A stretch of 64,000 nt of DNA from Callorhinchus milii (taxonomy: Eukaryota): contig NW_024704742.1 of assembly GCF_018977255.1 (NCBI RefSeq), positions 11,782,001-11,846,000 of the forward strand, read 5' to 3'. Numbering within the stretch: the first letter of the stretch is position 1; the number at the start of each line of letters is the position of its first letter. This document shows, one piece after another, positions 62,881 to 64,000 of the stretch. The notes under the pieces are model-generated. The model made no database searches. It had not been told where the DNA came from and worked only from the letters and a program-made list of their open reading frames with translations. Made by a program: the position numbers and the translations under genes.

Positions 62881-63894
62881 CACATGAGTGCAAGTACTGT
62901 ACTATATGCTCAAGCTATTTTAGTCCATTTCTGTATGCACTCCAGGATACATGGTAGAGAATTGCTCCAATTTTCTCAACAAGATCTATGTGATCAGCTG
63001 GTAACAATCCACAAGTCGGCCATAATAACTAGTGAAGAGAACACACTGTCTTACAACCAGCTTTGCATAATCGGGGGGAGGTGAGGGGTGGGAAAGAAAG
63101 GTGAAATGAAACAATAAAAGTCTGCTGGAGATGAAAACCATTCTCCAAATAATTAATTATTACTCCAGGGAAATCAAGAGGATTGTCAACACTTTTGTGG
63201 AAAGAAAGCAAGAAAGATGTTGTGTTCATTCTGAACCTAAAGTTTACTGCAAGATACCTCTCCTCACTACCCAACCCACCCCCCCTTAAGCAGAGGAACC
63301 AGTTTGATGTTCATTAGAGCTGTTAGTGAAGCAACCTTGGGTGCTTCTGTTGTGGAGATTTGTACCATATGTCTAAAACTCAGCACAGCTGAAATATTTA
63401 GTTCAAACCAACTTGACTTGATTCAACTTAAATATACATTTCAATCTTATCATACATTATGCATGGCTGACTTACTCTGAAAGACAGGCCTGGAAACGCA
63501 AGTAAGCCAGATAAGCACCTAATTTGATTTGCAAATACTGTGACGAGTAGTAGTTTTTTTATATGTATGTATATGTATGTATTGAGAAACCAAGGAGAAG
63601 GGCCAAGTGATGTAGGAGAAAGGGCAAGACATATCAAATAGTAGAAACAGGCATGGATTTTAAAAGATTTCATATTATTGGAGGAAGAGGAGAATAAAGA
63701 AGATAGAAATAGTGGCTGTTTATAAAGGATGATTTGGCCCAATAGCAATTTGTTCCTGTCTGAAGGCTAATGTTTTGGCAATATAATTTTAACCTGTAAT
63801 AGAAAACAGTGTCTGAGTTCACGAGTAAAAAATGAACATTGTAGTATTTGCATTAAGGGATTCAGGCCATGCTTAATCAGATACTTGATGGATA

Positions 63895-64000
63895 TCAAAC
63901 AAAAGCAGAAGTCACTGGTAACACTCAGCAGGTCATGAAGCATCTATGAAGAAAGCAAAGTGAGTCAACGTTTCGGGTTCACTATCCTTCGTCAGAACCG
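63895..64000. mobile_element. Possible Penelope-like terminal repeat fragment, cut by the window edge
   Basis: AAAAGCAGAA..CTGG..ACACTCAGCAGGTCA..AGCATCT..GTCAACGTTTCGGG..CCTTCGTCAGAAC resembles a repeat I recall from chondrichthyan genomes. Not verified. Confidence 0.4.

Overview
Repeat-rich vertebrate DNA, either intergenic or from a large intron. The repeat set suggests a cartilaginous fish, possibly a chimaera; this is an inference from recalled repeat families and no search was run. I recognise no intact host protein-coding exon. Most ORFs in the track are pieces of non-LTR retrotransposons: L2-clade LINEs with (TTG)n tails, CR1 LINEs with (TTCTTATG)/(ATTCTATG) tails, roughly 30 copies of a tRNA-derived SINE ending in an L2-type stem-loop and (ATT)n, older Deu-domain SINEs and LF-SINE-like relics. 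The L2 set includes one near full-length copy at about 58258-61898 (minus). The only cellular-gene sequence is a frameshifted histone H2B copy at 14743-15145 (minus). It keeps its 3' stem-loop and the histone downstream element, and a full SINE follows it in the same orientation. The H2B+SINE block splits an old L2 between approximate 8-9 bp direct repeats. This suggests an unprocessed histone read-through transcript was retrotransposed using the SINE's L2-recognition tail. Repeat boundaries were read by eye and are approximate.
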